Shown here: in pieces, positions 38,217 through 50,219 of the stretch
How the letters are laid out: every line of letters begins with the position of its first letter
Position numbering within the stretch: position 1 is the first letter of the stretch
From: Rhodosorus marinus CCMP1338
Taxonomy: Eukaryota > Plantae > Rhodophyta
Assembly (NCBI GenBank): GCA_029953675.1
Contig: JAMWBK010000002.1
Location: forward strand, 682,001 to 746,000
Length of the DNA stretch: 64,000 nucleotides
Reading direction: 5' to 3'
Program-made: the position numbers and the translations under genes
The notes under the pieces: generated by a model
Told to the model about the DNA's origin: nothing
Seen by the model: only the letters and a program-made list of their open reading frames with translations
Database searches by the model: none

Positions 38217-39139
38217 ATGGCGTCGGAATCTGGGAGGGCTGCTCTTCTGTTGAGCAAGCAGCTGAAAGGTGAGAGATCCAAACCCGCGCGAGGTTTTCTT
38301 TCTCGCGCTTGGTGAAGTTTCAGGCGCGATTGAACGCTAACGGAAAGGCGCTCGTTTCATTCGGGGGCGAAAGATCTTCAAAAGAACGGGGCGTCCTTCT
38401 TCTCCGCTGGGCTGGTGGACGACGCGAATCCATTTGAATGGCAAATTATCTTAACTGGTCCGGCCAGTTCACTTTAGTACGCAGTTGGATCTCCCAAGCG
38501 TCTACCTGTTGCCTCAGAAGTGACCTGAGACTTACAAAATTTCCTTTCTTGTGCCTCGAAATTTTCGAAAATGCAGCGAGGGGGGTATGTTTAAGGCTAG
38601 ATTGTCCTTTCCGAAAGACTATCCGTACAAACCCCCCGTCATGAAATTTGTTTCGGAGATGTGGCACCCAAACAGTACGAACCTCCGGCACTATAGCAGT
38701 ATGTCGCCAGACAAGGTGTTCTAACAGGATTGATTGTGGATACCATTTCTTGGACTCAGTTTACAAGGACGGAAAAGTTTGCATCTCAATCCTACACCCG
38801 GCCGGAGATGATCCAAACGCATATGAAATGGCATCCGAGAGATGGTTGCCCGTCCACACGGTTGAAAGCATTTTGAACAGTGTCATCTCTTTGTTGGCAA
38901 GTCCGAACACGGAGTCACCGGCAAATGTCGATGCAGCGGTAAGATGAACCTCTCATCCGAACGCGACGGCATGTCTGCGTGGTGCAGACGAGCTAGCTGT
39001 TCTGACGTCTTCCCGTGTGGTGATGTCCCGTGTCCATTTTTCTTGAATATGAGTGCAGAAGCAAATGAGAGAGGAACCAGATAACTTTAAAAGAAGAGTG
39101 AGGAGAACTGTTGATAAGACCTTGGACGAGGCGTTCTGA
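38217..39139 (+). CDS. UBC7: Ubiquitin-conjugating enzyme E2 G (Ubc7 type)
   Basis: [24 protein letters not shown], acidic insert [23 protein letters not shown]; multi-exon. Confidence 0.95.
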
Positions 39140-39534
39140 GAAGCTTGCTCGCCTTGGGAGCGTACTACCTTCGAAGTCTTGCACAAGTCGATGCAAGACG
39201 TGTGAGGTCTTTGTCGTAGAGTATCAACTGTTAATTCCTGTGTCGGTAATTAATCCGGAAGGTTTCTAGATATTGCCTGTTCCTAGTCGTTAGAGCATGG
39301 GCAGTAAATAGATTTGCACCACAAGAACGTTCGAAGGCCCGCTGAGCGCTCCTTCCGCACATCGAACCTTGGACATAGCCCTAGGGGCTACACGCACGAA
39401 TTGAAGGCGGAGGCAGATCATTCTGTTCTTTCCAGAGAATCTCCTCTTGCGTTCCCGAGCTCACTGTTGCACTTCTATTCATGCTCTGATGTTCTTTTCC
39501 GGCGGTCCGCATTGGTCTTCTTAGTACGGGCAGC

Positions 39535-40250
39535 TTAAGGTTCCAATGTCGACATCATTTTCTCTATCCTTGGGCCAAGTTCTGATGCTTCGAGTGGAAC
39601 TCGAACTCGAAGTTCCACTCGAAGCATCAGAACTTCAGGGTGACGACTTTTCGAGTAGCGTGATGCAAGGAAGCTCCCAGATAAACCTAGTGCAACGGAG
39701 CATGCCTTGACTATGTAAGTTTCGGGCACAATCCGGTCTTCTTTTAATTTGAAAAACACCGTTGCAGGTGGTCCATAGTCTTCTGCAACCGCGCAGATAC
39801 TTGAATTTAACATTCATACATGAAGTTCTACGCACAGTACATTTTGAACGACAGTTCGCATCACGCAATCACAGCTTCGGTGGAACAACAGCATATATAC
39901 AGAAATAAAGGAAACCTCCACAGTCCAATGATCAGACCACGCTTCGCGCCAGGTATCCCGCTGGTTGTGGAGCAGATGTCACCACACACATTTCCGGTGT
40001 CACGGGGGCCCACCGGACCTCGAGCCGCACCTTCCACCGTCGTATCTGCGAATCCACCTCCCCAAGCACAAGATCAGAATTTAAAACTCCCTTCCCCCAC
40101 AGTGCGTGCCTCTGAAGATCCAGGATGCATCAACTAAAACGCAACATATGAGCGGCTCCCCCTCCCCCCCAAACCCCCCTTCACTCGCAGTCGATGTCCC
40201 AACTACGACCTTCAATCTCCCCCTCCCCGTCTCAACCAAACATGGTTTGG
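39535..40250 (-). CDS. Hypothetical multi-exon protein; ends unresolved
   Basis: Coding-like exon 39535-~39785 after a TTGCAG acceptor, an upstream frame GGFADTTVEG..IIGLWR ending at a donor, and a G/T-rich minus-strand leader at 40140-40420. Confidence 0.4.
39577..39635. repeat. Perfect 25-bp inverted repeat with a 9-nt loop
   Basis: AAGTTCTGATGCTTCGAGTGGAACT-cgaactcga-AGTTCCACTCGAAGCATCAGAACTT. Confidence 0.97.
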
Positions 40251-40911
40251 GCATCCCCCCAAAAAACGGAAAAATGAGTCACGTCAATGTACCATTATTT
40301 TTCAAAAAATAAACTGCAGCCTACATCCAATCAAAAAACACCAATTGTCATATTGTACGCCTCCATTGGTTTTTCTAAAGAATATTTAACAAAAGTACCC
40401 CAAAACCCGATCTTTCATTTTACTATTTTCTACTTGGCCAAAAACATGCCTCACTCGGTAACATTCGTTCACAAATAAAACACATCCACGCGTCCTAAAT
40501 CTAATTCTACCAATGATTTTCATTATCCAACAAATGTAAAATAAATAAATTTCATCCCCCGCACTTAAAGTACTTTGTTTTTTGATTATATTCTTGTGAC
40601 GATATCTGGGTATGTTTTTTTTTTAGGAAATGGTTGGAATTTTTTTTCAGGTTGACAGAGAAGATCTTAGATTTCTTTTTGTTTTCATTCGAAAATCAGC
40701 TTTTCTCAGGAAAGTTATTAATATAATTTTTTTGGTTGTCTGAGAGAGTCGGGCGGATCCTGTCATTGCTATTGACAGCATTCGCCTTTTACTTTCAGAG
40801 ATGAAATGGCGTTTTATAAGAAGAGCTCTTGGGAGAGTTGTTAAGGTGAAAGGTTTTTGGGGAGGAGGAGGAGGTGGACTGGATTTTTTTGTTTTTGAGG
40901 AGGTAGAGGGA

Positions 40912-40934
40912 GTGTGTGTGTGTGTGTGTGTGTG
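40912..40934 (+). repeat. (GT)11 microsatellite in the leader of the DHAR-fusion gene
   Basis: Read directly. Confidence 0.95.
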
Positions 40935-41234
40935 CTTTTGAACGTTGACTGTGGTGTTTCATTTTTAATGGAGAGAGGAGGGTGCACTGGGACTGTCTGA
41001 ATTGTACTTTTTGAAGGGTGATTGGAGATCAGCTTTTGAGTGTTGAATGTGGTGTTTCTTGTTTAAGGGGGAAGAGGAGAGGTGGGAAAAAGGTTGATCT
41101 GATCTGAAAGTTCTTAGAGCTCAACATTTGGTAGATTTATTTCTGTCCTCCTTTTTTTTCGTCCGGGGGAGGGTGGGAGGGAGGGCGAGTGCAAGCTTTT
41201 GCTTGGATTTTTTTTTTGGTTTCTCCCGGAGACT

Positions 41235-44169
41235 ATGGGGGAGGATTTTGTTGCTTTCGCTGGGCTGGGAGTTACTGGCAGGCCTCATAGTGTTGCGAGG
41301 TCTTGCAGATTAGCGAGCAACAGGAGGGGAAGGTATGGGATTGCTCTTTTGGGTGGTCAACGGGTTGTAAGGTTCGCTCAGGCCGTAGATCATGGTGCGT
41401 TGTCGGATTGATCTGGGAGCTTTTTTGCACGGTTCTATGGACCATAGTAACTTTGTGCTTTTCGAGTTTCATCTTTGATAGAGCGGAAGTTAACGAACTG
41501 CTGAACATTTTTGGCCCGCTCTCAATCTCGTTGACTAGGCGGCTCTGGTGACAATGCTGGAGGAGCTGCTGGAGGAGATGAAGGGAATGGGGATGAGGAT
41601 CCAGATGGTGATGATTCAGAGGATAAAATGCGCAGAAATCCCCTGGGTGCGTTAGTTGACAGGCTGTTCACGCTGCTGGGCAGTGTACTTGGCGGTATTA
41701 CGCAGGTTCCGACTCAGATTATTGTCGCAATGACTGCCGTAGCCACTACTCTTCTTAACAACTTTTTTCAAGGGTAATAAGCTCGCCGTTGCAGTTAGCG
41801 CACGGCCGCAGTTCAGCAACTTTCTGACGCCTTTTAAACAACCTCCTCGAAAAACAGACGCTCGAGATTCCGCGACCGACTACTTCAACAGGAAGACAAG
41901 CGCTTGAATGAGCTGGAAGAAAAGCGCATACGAATGTATGAGAGCTACAGGGAGTATTCGGAACCTCTCCTAAAGGCTGCAGCGAAGCTACAGGATCATC
42001 TCTACATTATCGGAAGCCGCAAAGGTATGAAACTATTGAGCTCCCTCTTTGCTGGAATTGTTACGACGGCGTTCCGAGCTAAACAGATTTTTCTTGTTGT
42101 CAGCTAGGGGAAAGGAGGTGCTTGATGACCCAAAGTACTCCGCTTACCTTCTCGGTCGGTTCTTCTGTTATGTGGAGGTCTTCAAACAGCTCTCTCCAAG
42201 CATGACCTTCGGTAAGCCTCGAAGAGATCGAATCTTCTCCAACATCCTAGGCAGAATTCAGGTGCGGATCTAGAGACAGAAGCTGGACAACCCGACAAGT
42301 TTTTTCCAGGCGACCTGTTGGCAATTCGTGAACCTAAAATTCCGGAGGTCAATTCGCAACCAGGTTGTATTAGCCATGGACGAATCGGAGCTTGTTCAAT
42401 TGTACGGAGGAGACAAGCGTTCGAGCAGCATCGAGAATCCTTTCAAGATTCCAGCCCAAGGGCAGGCATCCCTTGGGCAGCTGATGATGAGGGAACGGTG
42501 GCTCGAGTGTAAGCAGTTTGTTGTTGGACTTATGCTCATGGATTTCTTCTCGGCCAGCTCACGGATGCAACTCAACTGCAACTCATTCGAATAGACAAGT
42601 TCAAGGGAGGCAGTCCACACAAGACGTCGACATATGCGCATTCGGGCCTTCACTTTCCTGAGTTTGTCCAACTCTTTGAGGAGAATAGCGAGTTTTCTAG
42701 GTGGTTCGGGCCGCTGGTGGAGTCGCTTCATCCAGATCTTGCCAACAGTACATCTGGGAATCAGAACCTGCGGCTCGGACTTTTCCAGACAGCTCTTGTA
42801 GACTTAGTGGACTTCCTTGATCCGGCTCCAATGTGTACTATTATTCCAGCTTATAGACGGCGTCGGCTCTATACACCTCCGAGGATGGTTTACACGAAAA
42901 TGCCGCAGACATTGGCGTATGTTCCTGAACACATGGCGAAACCTCATTACCGCGCATTGACGAAGAATGGACGTCTTCTTTCTTCTGCTTCGTGTGGTAC
43001 AGAAATATATACTCAGAGGAAGCCGACCAGAGAGATGGTAAGCTGCCGGAAGTTCGGGGAGCCCCGAATACAGTTGACGTTTTCGTGTCTGGCCCAACTG
43101 GGGTGGGTTCCACATTTCACACGCAAGTGAGCAACGTGATTGGCGACTGTCCGTACTCGCACAGGGTATGTATCCGATCACCACTGCAACTTGTTCTTAG
43201 AATGCACATGCCGAAATGTGAGCCATCCTCTGCTTCCCGGACAGGTCTTGCTTGCCTTGGAGGAAAAGGAAGTGAGCTACAACTTGATAACCATCGATCG
43301 CAAGCTGAGACCGTCCTGGTATTATAACGTTCACCCAGAAGCCAAGGTGAGATCGGATGAAGACCTTGGCGCCTGCGCACAAGGGAATGGGAGTGGGATG
43401 TACAAGGCGTAATATCTGGCCTGACGCTTACACAACGAACATCCTATAGGTTCCAGTCATATCACACGATGGAATTTTGATTGAGGAGTCCTCGAACATT
43501 GTGGACTACCTAGAGGAAAAGTTTCCGGAGAAGGTGCTGGCGCAGCGGAATCAAAGTGTCGCAACTGACCCATTCCCAGTGATAGAAAACTTCCGTTCAA
43601 AATTTACGAAGTATATTGAGCACGAACATGAGAAACAGGAGGTATTAGAATCACCGAAACGTTTTCCGGTTGGAAAGCCCTCGTATTGAGGTTGTCTCTC
43701 TGTATTTTATCCATCCGTTCCTTGTCTTGAACTAGTTTATAGAATCTCTGGTATCATTGGACTCAATTCTCCAAACTTTCATCACTACCGAAAGAGGTCC
43801 ATTCTTCGGGGGCAAGAAGCTTTCCGAAGAGGACGTTGTAGTCATGCCATACCTTTATCATATGGAAATCGCAGGAAAAATGGTTCGAGTACGTTGGACA
43901 ATCTGCCTTACCCACAATGAGGTCCTCCGGGAATTGTTCCGCTGTCTACGAAGCCCAAGCTCATAATTCCAATCGCTTCTTCTTCACAGGACTTTGAGCT
44001 TCCATATGGTCTGTTTCCACGTATTAAGAAGTACATGGATGCTATGAAAGTGCACCCGACTTTCCAGAAGACGAAGGCAACGCCAGACAATCTTCTGTTC
44101 GGCTACGTTGAACTTCATGCGGGGATGCATCACGACGAGTTGAGCTCCGTCTCCGATATTCTGGAATAG
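41235..44169 (+). CDS. Plastid-targeted fusion protein (about 646 aa): Gly/Asp linker, hydrophobic segment, uncharacterised domain, DHAR/CLIC-like GST (CPYS)
   Basis: Exons 41235-41394, 41539-41773, 41858-42024, 42104-42261, 42310-42508, 42595-42916, 43003-43037, 43128 (or 43074)-43165, 43245-43346, 43450-43641, 43736-43888, 43990-44169, all phase-compatible; GDCPYSHRVLLALEEK, PEAKVPV, ESSNIVDYLEEKFP. Confidence 0.8.
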
Positions 44170-44545
44170 ATTACCGGGCGAAAATTTTTTGTCAACCCAG
44201 GTTGTTTCCAACTGGATTGCGTAGCCGCAGTACCTGGTGGTATTATATCGGACCGTGACACCTCCAATTGGGAACCGGGGGTACATTCTGCAGCGTACGT
44301 CAGCTTGCCTTAGGCTTCATACTCGGGTGGTTCTGGGGGGTACTGGAAGAAAGCACCGGCGGTAAGAGTTCGTTGTGGTATCCCATTTTCATCCGCGCTT
44401 GGCAATATATATGTCAAATATCTGGAGTTGGTAAATTCACATTGTGTCAACTGCTTTGTCCGGTTGCTCAGCTAAACTCATGCGATTTTACCCAGTATAA
44501 CTTATCAGTTAGTCTCTTGTTAAGTACTGTATCTACACACGCTAG

Positions 44546-47500
44546 TCAGCGGAAGAACAGGCGAGAAATTAGGAACGTTGCGAGCCCTGATCCTGCTACA
44601 AGCCACGGTTCCCTCCGCTTGCGATTGCGTTCGTTCACATTCAGCAGTTCATTGAGAGTTGTGATCTTTGTATCAGCTGATGCACGCAGTTCTGCGACAG
44701 CTTTCGATTCGTCCCTAGCCCTTGCGAGCTCTTCAGTTGCTTCGCTCAGGTCTTTCCTAGTCTGAGCAAGTTCTTCCCTCAAACCTTCTCCGCCAACCCG
44801 CAGGGATGTGATCTCTTCACCCAACTGGCTGACTTCAGCAGATTTTGCTTCAACCGACCTCTCCAACCTCACAGTGTGATTCAGCGATTTTGACCTCAAC
44901 GAGTTCGTCTCGCCCTCTAGCTTTCGCTTCTCATCCATAAAGGATTGCACCATTCTCCCCAGTCCCTCAACCTCCGAGTACGAAGCTTCAAGTTCGCTCT
45001 CCAGATGCTCAATTGTGGTCTTTAACTTTTCGAATTCACGAGTGGCCGCATGGTATGCATGCTGGAGATATTCCTTTTCTCGCTCGGATTCCTTGACAAT
45101 GTTCGCCAGCTCTGTCTTTTCCTTGATGAGCAATTCTTCCTTGGTCCTAAGCGTTGAGAGGAGCCGCAGTGAAAGGTCGAGGTCCTTCAAAACTTCGTTG
45201 CTCGTCGCAACAACGACTGGTCCCGTTTGACTATCCGGTCCAGACTGCACGATTCCTGCGTCGACAGCAATAAGAGCTTCGTGCAATTCTGCATGAACAA
45301 TTTGGTCAGCTTCCTCTGCCGCACCGCGCTCGCTCGATATTTTCTTAGCGTTCTCAGCTTCTTGCTTTAGCTCATGACAATTCTTCTGTAGCTCAACAAT
45401 AAGTTCATGCTTCGCTGAGGAGTCCTCTATCATTGATGCCAATGACTGCTTCACGGACATTGTTTCTTCCGAATCTGCAATCAGCGACATATCGAGCCTC
45501 TCCAGTCTTTCCAACAGGCTCAGCGACTGACTTCCTCCTTCATTAGGTTGAATTTCTTCGTGATTGACGAGGAACGAGTCTAGCCTACGAAGAATCAGTT
45601 GATCAGCTTCCCATCGCCTGGTTATCGCTTCCATTTCAAGTTTTTCGCTTGCCAGTGCCGTCTCCAGTTTCATCAGCTGTCCCTCAGCTACTTCGGCGTC
45701 AGCAAGCACCACATCAAGCCTTTCCTTCTTCCATGCAAGCGCGTTCTCAGCTCCGCCTAGATCTTTGCTGAGGGAAGCAATTTGTGCTCTGAGCTCCGCA
45801 GTAAGCTCTTCTTGCTGTTCCTTCATTTCTTGCTGCTTCCCGAGCTCACAGTCATATTCACGGCGAGCAGCTTCGAATTGTGAAACGCTTCGGGCCAATT
45901 CCTCAGTCTTCTCCGAAAGAAGCTCCTCCTTGTCCGCAAGCAAGGTCTTCGTCCGGTCGAGTTCCGCGTCAAAGCTAGCGATGTTCTCCCTCAGGACCCA
46001 AATTTCGTTCTCGTAAAATTCCTTTTGTTTCGCCCTCTTTGAGATTTCCTCCTCCAACTCCAGACGAACGGCTTCAAAGTTTTCATTGGCTTTCTCCAGC
46101 TCATCGCTCTTCTGCTTGACAGTCAACTCCGCCCCGTCGAGCAGTTCATTTACTCGAGCCAGATCTGCGTCGGCAGACTTGAGCTTTTGTGTTAGAGTAT
46201 CAACCTGTCCCTCGACATCTACCAGCTTGGCTCCCTTTGACAGCTCAGCTTGCATTTGACTCATCGCGTCCATCAGCTTGAACTTCTCGTTCTCTAGTTT
46301 CTTCCTTCCTCTCTCTGAATCCGCGCGCTCTTGCTCGGATTTGGACAATTTCGCCACCAAAGACTCCAGCTCGGATTCCATTTTCAAGCTCAGCTCCTCG
46401 TAGCTTCCCTTTATTGTGGTTAGGGCGTCCTCTGTAGCCCCTAGTTGCTGTTGCAACTTCTGCTTTTCCTCCAGCGACTGCTCCATGAAGTCAAGCTGAG
46501 CACATGCATTTTCAGCCCTTGCCTCCTCATCCTCGATCTGCTTTAACAATCTCTCTTCCTTCAGGCTAAAGCTCTCCTTATCCTTATGTTGTTGCAGTTT
46601 CATTTCCTCAAGAGTGGAGCTGAGATTCGCGACTCGCGCATTGGCTTTCTCTACCCGCTCGGTGGACACAAATTTCAATTTCTCAATCTCACGATCTCGA
46701 TCCTTTACCGCTGCCTCGGAGTCTTCTACTTTCACTTCAAGCTCCTTCACTTTGTTTTGAGCTTTCTGGGCTTGTTCAGCCCTGGTTTCAATCGTAGCTT
46801 CCAGGTCAGTACATTTTTTTGACAGACCTTCTTTCGCCTTTTCTATCGAATTCATTTCTCGCTGCAAGTCACCTAGAGCCTCTTCCATAGCCGAAAGCCC
46901 CCTATAGGCCTCGTCTACTTTCTCGCGTTCAACTGCCACGTTCTTCTGCAGAGTTTGGTCCTTCAAGATCAAATGTCCTATCTCAGTCTTTAGTTCCTCG
47001 ACCTTTTCGCGGCTTTGCTTCAACTGCAGCTGTGTCTCTCGCAGTTCAGAAGCGTTGCTCTCAGATTCCTCCGCGACTCGGAATTTAATCGCCTCAAGTT
47101 CCTCTTCAAGCTGTTTGATAGTCTCCGAGTTTCCTTCTAGAGCTGAGCTCTTCTGCGCTACGAGGATCGCCGCGCTATTACTCTTCTCACACGCCTCCTG
47201 AAGTCCAATCTCCAACTCAGCAATCTTTCGTGCTTCAGCTTCTACTTGCAACTTGTATTCTTTCCTTTGACTTTCGAGGTCATTATTCGACGTCTGCGCA
47301 CCACTGAGTTCGTGCTTTACTGTTTGCAGCTCTGCCTCTTTTTCGGGGAGAACCCTATTGTTCAAATGCGATAATTGCTTTTCAGCTGTCGCAAGTCTCG
47401 TTCTCAAAGCCGCGATTTCTTCTTTGGCTTCGTCAGATGCTCTTCTAGAACCGTTCAACTCGTTTTCAGCAATCTTAATGGCACGCGCCTTGGATTCGCA

Positions 47501-49101
47501 GTCTTGTTCTAAAAGAGCAATTCTTTCCATTGCGCTCCGTAGATCGATATCTTTCGCTTCTATTGCGCCTTTAAGCTCCTTGCTAGCAAACAGGATCTTT
47601 TCTATTTCATCCCTTCCTTCCTTGAGCGTAGCTTGGATATCCGTTGAGTATTGCTGGCTGCGTTTTAGCTCGTCTTCCATTTGAGCCATTTGCTCTACTG
47701 CCGTGTTGTACGCACTTTTCAATTCGAGCTGTCTCGTGTTCAACTTCTTCGCTTGTGCCTCCTTGTTCATAAATGCTTCGGTCAGGTTGACTCGCTCCGC
47801 GTGCGCCCTTTCCAGCTCTGCAGCTTGTTGTTCAGCCTTGGACATCAGATTTCTCTTCTCCTTCTCCACCGTGTCCAAGTCCGTCAAAAATTTTGCCCTC
47901 ATGCCTTCCGCTTCGGTTTTGCTGTTTTCAAGCTCAGTCTCAGCTCTTGTAACCTTTTCGTGCACCTGGCTTAATTCAATTTCCAACTGTTCAACCAACA
48001 GCGACCGACTTTGAAGGTCATTCTGAAGTTCTTCCAACCGAGTTTCTTTCTTTGCAGCAAGAGCCAGCTGCTTCTCGAGGAGTTTTATCTTCTCTATTGC
48101 ATCGGACCGCTCTTGCTCCGTCTGTTCTAGCCCCGATTTCAACTCCTCTGCATCTGATTCCATGGATTTGACCTTGGCTACCAACTGCAACGCACAGCCG
48201 GAAACATGAGATTTATCCTTCTTAGCACTTGAAAGGAAGTTTCCATACGAATCATATGGATGGCTAGCTTGATATCTGAAGCACACTGAGCGAAACATGG
48301 ACTTCCATTCGCGATCGGCCATCCGATTATGCGAGGAGTTTTGCTCGGGCAAGAAAGTCTGCTTAACTCACCCCCTTTTGCTCAGAAAGTTTCGCCGCCA
48401 GCTCTCTTTTCATACGATCACGCTCTGTTTCAAGGCTTCGTACTGAATTCTGTACGGAAGAATTTCGAAGTTCAAGATCCCTTATAGAAGCTTCAGAGTT
48501 TTCCTTTTCTCTCTCCAACTCTTCCTTCGTACTCATGAGGCGCTTAACTGCTGCCTTCAACTCTGAACTTCTCTCGTCATTACTCGTCGGCGCAGAACTC
48601 GTCTACGGACATGACACGCAAACGAAAAGGCTCAGCAAAGGAACCGCTTTAATGCGATCGAGACTTTTCCTCTCAACTGCGCACCTCTTGATCTATGTTT
48701 GATAGCTTTTGTTTCAACTTTTCAATCATGTCTCGTCGCTCTTTCGCGACCATTCTCTCCGTTTCAAGTTCATCACGGGACTGTTGAATGTTACTTTCCA
48801 ACTCCGCCATCCTGAGGTTGAAAAAATCCATCATCTTGAAGGCGCTCTCCTGCTGACGCTTGAGAGCTTCATCGGAATTCCATTCCTTCGGCTCAGTTGT
48901 GAAAGCGTTTACTTTCCTACGTAACCCATTCAGCTTCTCGTCCTCCTTCTTCGCCGGGCTTTTGGAGGATGATGGCGAGCCTCCACCACTACTGGTAGGA
49001 GGCTCTCCAAAGTCGAAAATCTCGTCCCCATACATTTGTCTATTGCCACAAAAGACGGACTCGCCTCTTAAGTCATCCGGACTGTACTCGAACTCAGAAT
49101 C
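44546..49101 (-). CDS. Very long coiled-coil protein (over 1400 aa) with C-terminal tail anchor; first exon probably about 49150-49520, unresolved
   Basis: 3.6-kb heptad-rich exon plus exons 48363-48560 and 48673-49101; ends PWLVAGSGLATFLISRLFFR. Confidence 0.85.
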
Positions 49102-50219
49102 CTAGGCACTAACACAATGTGTGGCCTTCATCTAGTCCCGCAACCCTCTGGCTCCACTAAGATCAACAAGCTCGCAACTGAAACACCAGCTCCGGCGCAG
49201 AGCCAGTGCCTGGTTTTTTGTCCCTTGCTTCCGAGAGCTCCAAGGACTGAACTGGTACAAACCCAATGGATCCAAGCTTCTGATCAATCGTCAAACAACA
49301 CAAAGAAAGAAACAAAGTGTCAAGTCCAAGACAAATCTGCTCTCTCCAAAACCCTGCCAATTGTACCCTCCAATGTCCACACTCATACCTATCCGGGAGC
49401 TCCCACCCTTCACAAAGCAAACCACCAGTAGCCCCTGACCCGGAGGACGTGCACCCGTCTGTCCCTTCAAGACACGAAAAAAGAAGCAAAAAAAAAGAGT
49501 CAAACCCGGAACAATGGCCATTCAGAGGCAAACGAGATCTGGAAAAAAAACAGAAAAAAACCTCATTCCATGGATATATAATTTTGGCCAAGCATTTTTA
49601 ACAGTACTTCAGCCGTGCTGGCTGGCTTAAGCTCTTTTTCTTCGCTCCTTGCGGAGAAATAGGGCTTTTGCCTTTCAGCCCGGACCACAAACATATCATG
49701 ATTCCATCTCAGGGGTAGGTGAAAAAGATCAAAACGGCTACGCTTTCCCCTTTCTAATAAACAATATTCAACCTTTAACGGTTCTTCAACAACAATGCAT
49801 GGCCCCTCACCAACACCACGTCCCAAGCACGACTAAAAAAAGAAGGGGAATTCAATACATTTCTGATTCGATCTCGGAATTCTCCGACGTTTGGGACAAA
49901 TTGGAAAAAACACGCAAAACCCCAATCTTTGAAATTGCTAAATGTAAAGTAAAACATGTTCTAGTACAGCTTTCGTACTAGTACTCCTAGAAAATTTCAA
50001 ATCACGAAACGGTATTTCAGATATTTGCGGCATCTGATTGGAAGTTAAAGTTATGGCAAACCATTATTGGTGAACATTATGGGCGTTAGTACTAGCTCGT
50101 CGAACTTGAGTATCATCTGCATCTGATTGAGATAAGTCAATATTGATAATATTGTTGATAACCAATCACGCAGCGGCTCGGTTGAGAGTTTACCACTCCC
50201 CTCAGAAAAGCCTCCCAGC

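Noticed and set aside
37430-38281. 283-aa minus-strand ORF
   Set aside because: Low-complexity Pro/Ser/Thr/Lys reading of the G/T-rich UBC7 leader; overlaps the UBC7 first exon antisense
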